Virus record (IMG/VR): IMGVR_UViG_3300042731_005759 | Coordinates: 64,001-128,000 of that record | Direction: 5' to 3' (one strand) | From: a virus | DNA length: 64,000 nucleotides | The notes under the pieces: model-generated | The model's database searches: none | The model's input: only the letters and a program-made list of their open reading frames with translations | What the model was told of the DNA's origin: nothing | Made by a program: the position numbers and the translations under genes | Part shown: positions 63,823 through 64,000 of the stretch, piece by piece | Position numbering within the stretch: position 1 is the first letter of the stretch | How the letters are laid out: every line of letters begins with the position of its first letter

Positions 63823-64000
63823 GGAATTCTTAGATTTTTGTGAAATTAACGAGATCGATAAGATCGACGAGTTAGCACGAGACACCTTTGAAAGGGGATT
63901 CACTATTATAAAATTTGGTGAGACACCGTCTATAGTAAAAGGTAAAGAGACAATCAAAGAAATAGAAAAGGAAGTAGTAAAAGAGGTAGAAATAATAAAA
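63791..64000 (+). CDS. Hypothetical protein with KEV/KEI repeats (3'-truncated)
   Basis: ATG 63791, open to the window end: MKPKHSLTLSKEFLDFCEINEI...KEIEKEVVKEVEIIK. Confidence 0.6.
   Translation, partial: MKPKHSLTLSKEFLDFCEINEIDKIDELARDTFERGFTIIKFGETPSIVKGKETIKEIEKEVVKEVEIIK

Noticed and set aside
1-64000. Stop-codon reassignment as in some large phages
   Set aside because: Standard-code ORFs tile the window densely and conserved genes are uninterrupted.

Overview
AT-rich, gene-dense fragment of a large (jumbo/huge) contractile-tailed phage genome. All credible genes lie on the + strand and read with the standard genetic code. The order is: baseplate genes (tube-initiator-like, LysM/gp53-like, hub; 1-7.7 kb); a T4-like replication/recombination block (gp32-like SSB, UvsX/RecA, 5'-3' exonuclease, DnaB/gp41 helicase, nrdB-nrdA, QueC-like; 9-18 kb); a second baseplate block (gp25, gp6, several large structural genes, a 2485-aa wedge protein; 18-36.6 kb); a ~20 kb array of nine modular adhesin-like genes (36.7-57.1 kb); then RuvC, primase, a PD-(D/E)XK nuclease, two cytidylyltransferases and an SbcD/gp47 nuclease. 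Shine-Dalgarno-less A-rich starts, Flavobacteria/eukaryote-type NrdAB and SprB repeats point to a Bacteroidota host (inference). The most novel signal is a mucin-/cellulosome-like appendage system. Long Pro-Thr/Pro-Ser stalks carry a Cys-led beta-strand motif (NCDFD[VI]D[VI]DI, 22 copies in 3 genes, 10 of them in the baseplate wedge protein). Several array proteins share an N-terminal domain and small Cys-rich domains, and carry different payloads (cadherin, SprB, FN3, cupredoxin, beta-helix, BNR propeller). Identical DNA tracts are shared between linkers of different genes. Also notable are a catalytically dead HINT domain in the wedge protein, a TATTTAT late-promoter motif implying leaderless mRNAs, and two GC-rich structured intergenic RNAs upstream of recA and primase. 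No tRNA, rRNA, CRISPR array or mobile element was seen. All family assignments are by motif recognition, not database search.
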